From a virus (taxonomy: Duplodnaviria > Caudoviricetes), in the IMG/VR virus record IMGVR_UViG_3300037423_000021, positions 1 to 25,605 of that record: a stretch of 25,605 nt of DNA; one strand, written 5' to 3'. The position numbers and the translations under genes are program-made. Positions 24,917 to 25,605 of the stretch are shown in pieces. Each line of letters opens with the position of its first letter. Position 1 is the first letter of the stretch. The notes below the pieces were generated by a model that saw nothing but the letters and a program-made list of their open reading frames with translations, searched no databases and was not told the DNA's origin.

Positions 24917-25443
24917 TGTGGCGTCTCCTCGAATGGCGTCATTACCGCATAGTCAACTCGAAGTTCATTGGCCGCCATCTCTACGGCAATGTGTGCCTGC
25001 GTCGGTCCACATTCGAACCATTCGCCTTCAAGTCTGATGTGCTTTTGCGCGGCCTTTTCGTGCGCTCGTCTTTCGATTGATGCGGCTGTCTCGGCATTTC
25101 GAAACCAGAAAACACGATGCAGGAACAACGCTTCTGGATTACCAGTTTGAAGCGCTGCAAGTCTCTTTATTGGCGATAGAGCCATGCCGATCTTAGTACA
25201 GGTTGCGCGATTGGTTCCGACGACATAGACGGCGCAATCACCTTCCGTCATGTATTCGCTTTTGCCAATCTCGACCATCGCCTTGAGGTTTCGCAAACCA
25301 GTAAGCGACCACTCAGCCACATTGCCTGCGCCAACAGATACGACGGTTATCTTGCTATCGATGGCGGACTGCTTCTTTGCTTCCGCCACATAGTAGGCTT
25401 CACGATCATGAAGCCTGTCCATTGCGTAGGACAATGCTATCAC
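24913..25443 (-). CDS. GIY-YIG superfamily protein, T5orf172/MUG113 type
   Basis: 'VYVVG...TKIGMA.SP.KRL..LQTGNP..L', 'IERRAH', 'RLEGEWFE'. Start uncertain (GTG 25443). Confidence 0.85.
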   Translation of the reverse strand: MIALSYAMDRLHDREAYYVAEAKKQSAIDSKITVVSVGAGNVAEWSLTGLRNLKAMVEIGKSEYMTEGDCAVYVVGTNRATCTKIGMALSPIKRLAALQTGNPEALFLHRVFWFRNAETAASIERRAHEKAAQKHIRLEGEWFECGPTQAHIAVEMAANELRVDYAVMTPFEETPH

Positions 25444-25476
25444 CAGATATTGTGTTGCGAGTCGGGCTTGCCACTA

Positions 25477-25506
25477 CGTATAGGCGAAATCGCCTATGAT
25501 GTCAAG
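25477..25506 (-). promoter_or_regulatory. sigma70 promoter with palindromic operator (copy 2)
   Basis: TTGACA(25505-25500)-17 bp-TATACG(25482-25477). Palindrome ATAGGCGA-AA-TCGCCTAT at 25480-25497. Confidence 0.7.
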
Positions 25507-25605
25507 CCGCAAGCTTGTCTGCGGCTAGCTTGGCGTTAGCCAGCCAACCACGCACCAAGCTTACAGCCTGCGCAGCCGCATCCTCTTTTGTAGTGGCGCG
25601 CACAA
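25502..25605 (-). CDS. C-terminal end of an upstream gene (5' part outside the window; possibly VRR-NUC-type)
   Basis: Open frame ...VRATTKEDAAAQAVSLVRGWLANAKLAADKLAA* ending at TGA 25504-25502. The family guess rests only on recalled gene order. Confidence 0.5.
   Translation of the reverse strand, partial: VRATTKEDAAAQAVSLVRGWLANAKLAADKLAA

Overview
The window is the almost complete late (morphogenesis and lysis) region of an HK97/lambda-like siphovirus or prophage, encoded almost entirely on the minus strand. Promoter style, GTA-like tail genes and ANDN peptide motifs suggest an alphaproteobacterial (Rhizobiales-like) host, which is an inference. In transcription order (right to left) it holds: a partial upstream CDS, a T5orf172-type GIY-YIG protein, a putative late regulator, a ~560-nt non-coding stem-rich leader, DUF2158, HNH, a probable cos region, TerS, TerL, portal, prohead protease, major capsid, head-tail adaptor, a four-gene head decoration/spike cassette, neck genes, tail tube, a tail chaperone with a -1 frameshift, tape measure with an internal lysozyme, a free-standing GIY-YIG/NUMOD3/AP2 endonuclease, tail-tip genes, a beta-helix tailspike, holin, SAR endolysin, a 33-aa membrane peptide and a spanin. 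Two small plus-strand morons with their own promoters interrupt the operon. The most notable signals are (1) a near-identical palindrome-containing sigma70 promoter in front of both GIY-YIG genes, 17 kb apart, (2) a tandem array of closed RNA domains filling the late leader, together with intrinsic terminators inside the operon, and (3) an ssrA-tag-like C-terminus on the portal, with ANDN/AA motifs in other proteins. All family calls come from motif recognition and synteny; no searches were run.
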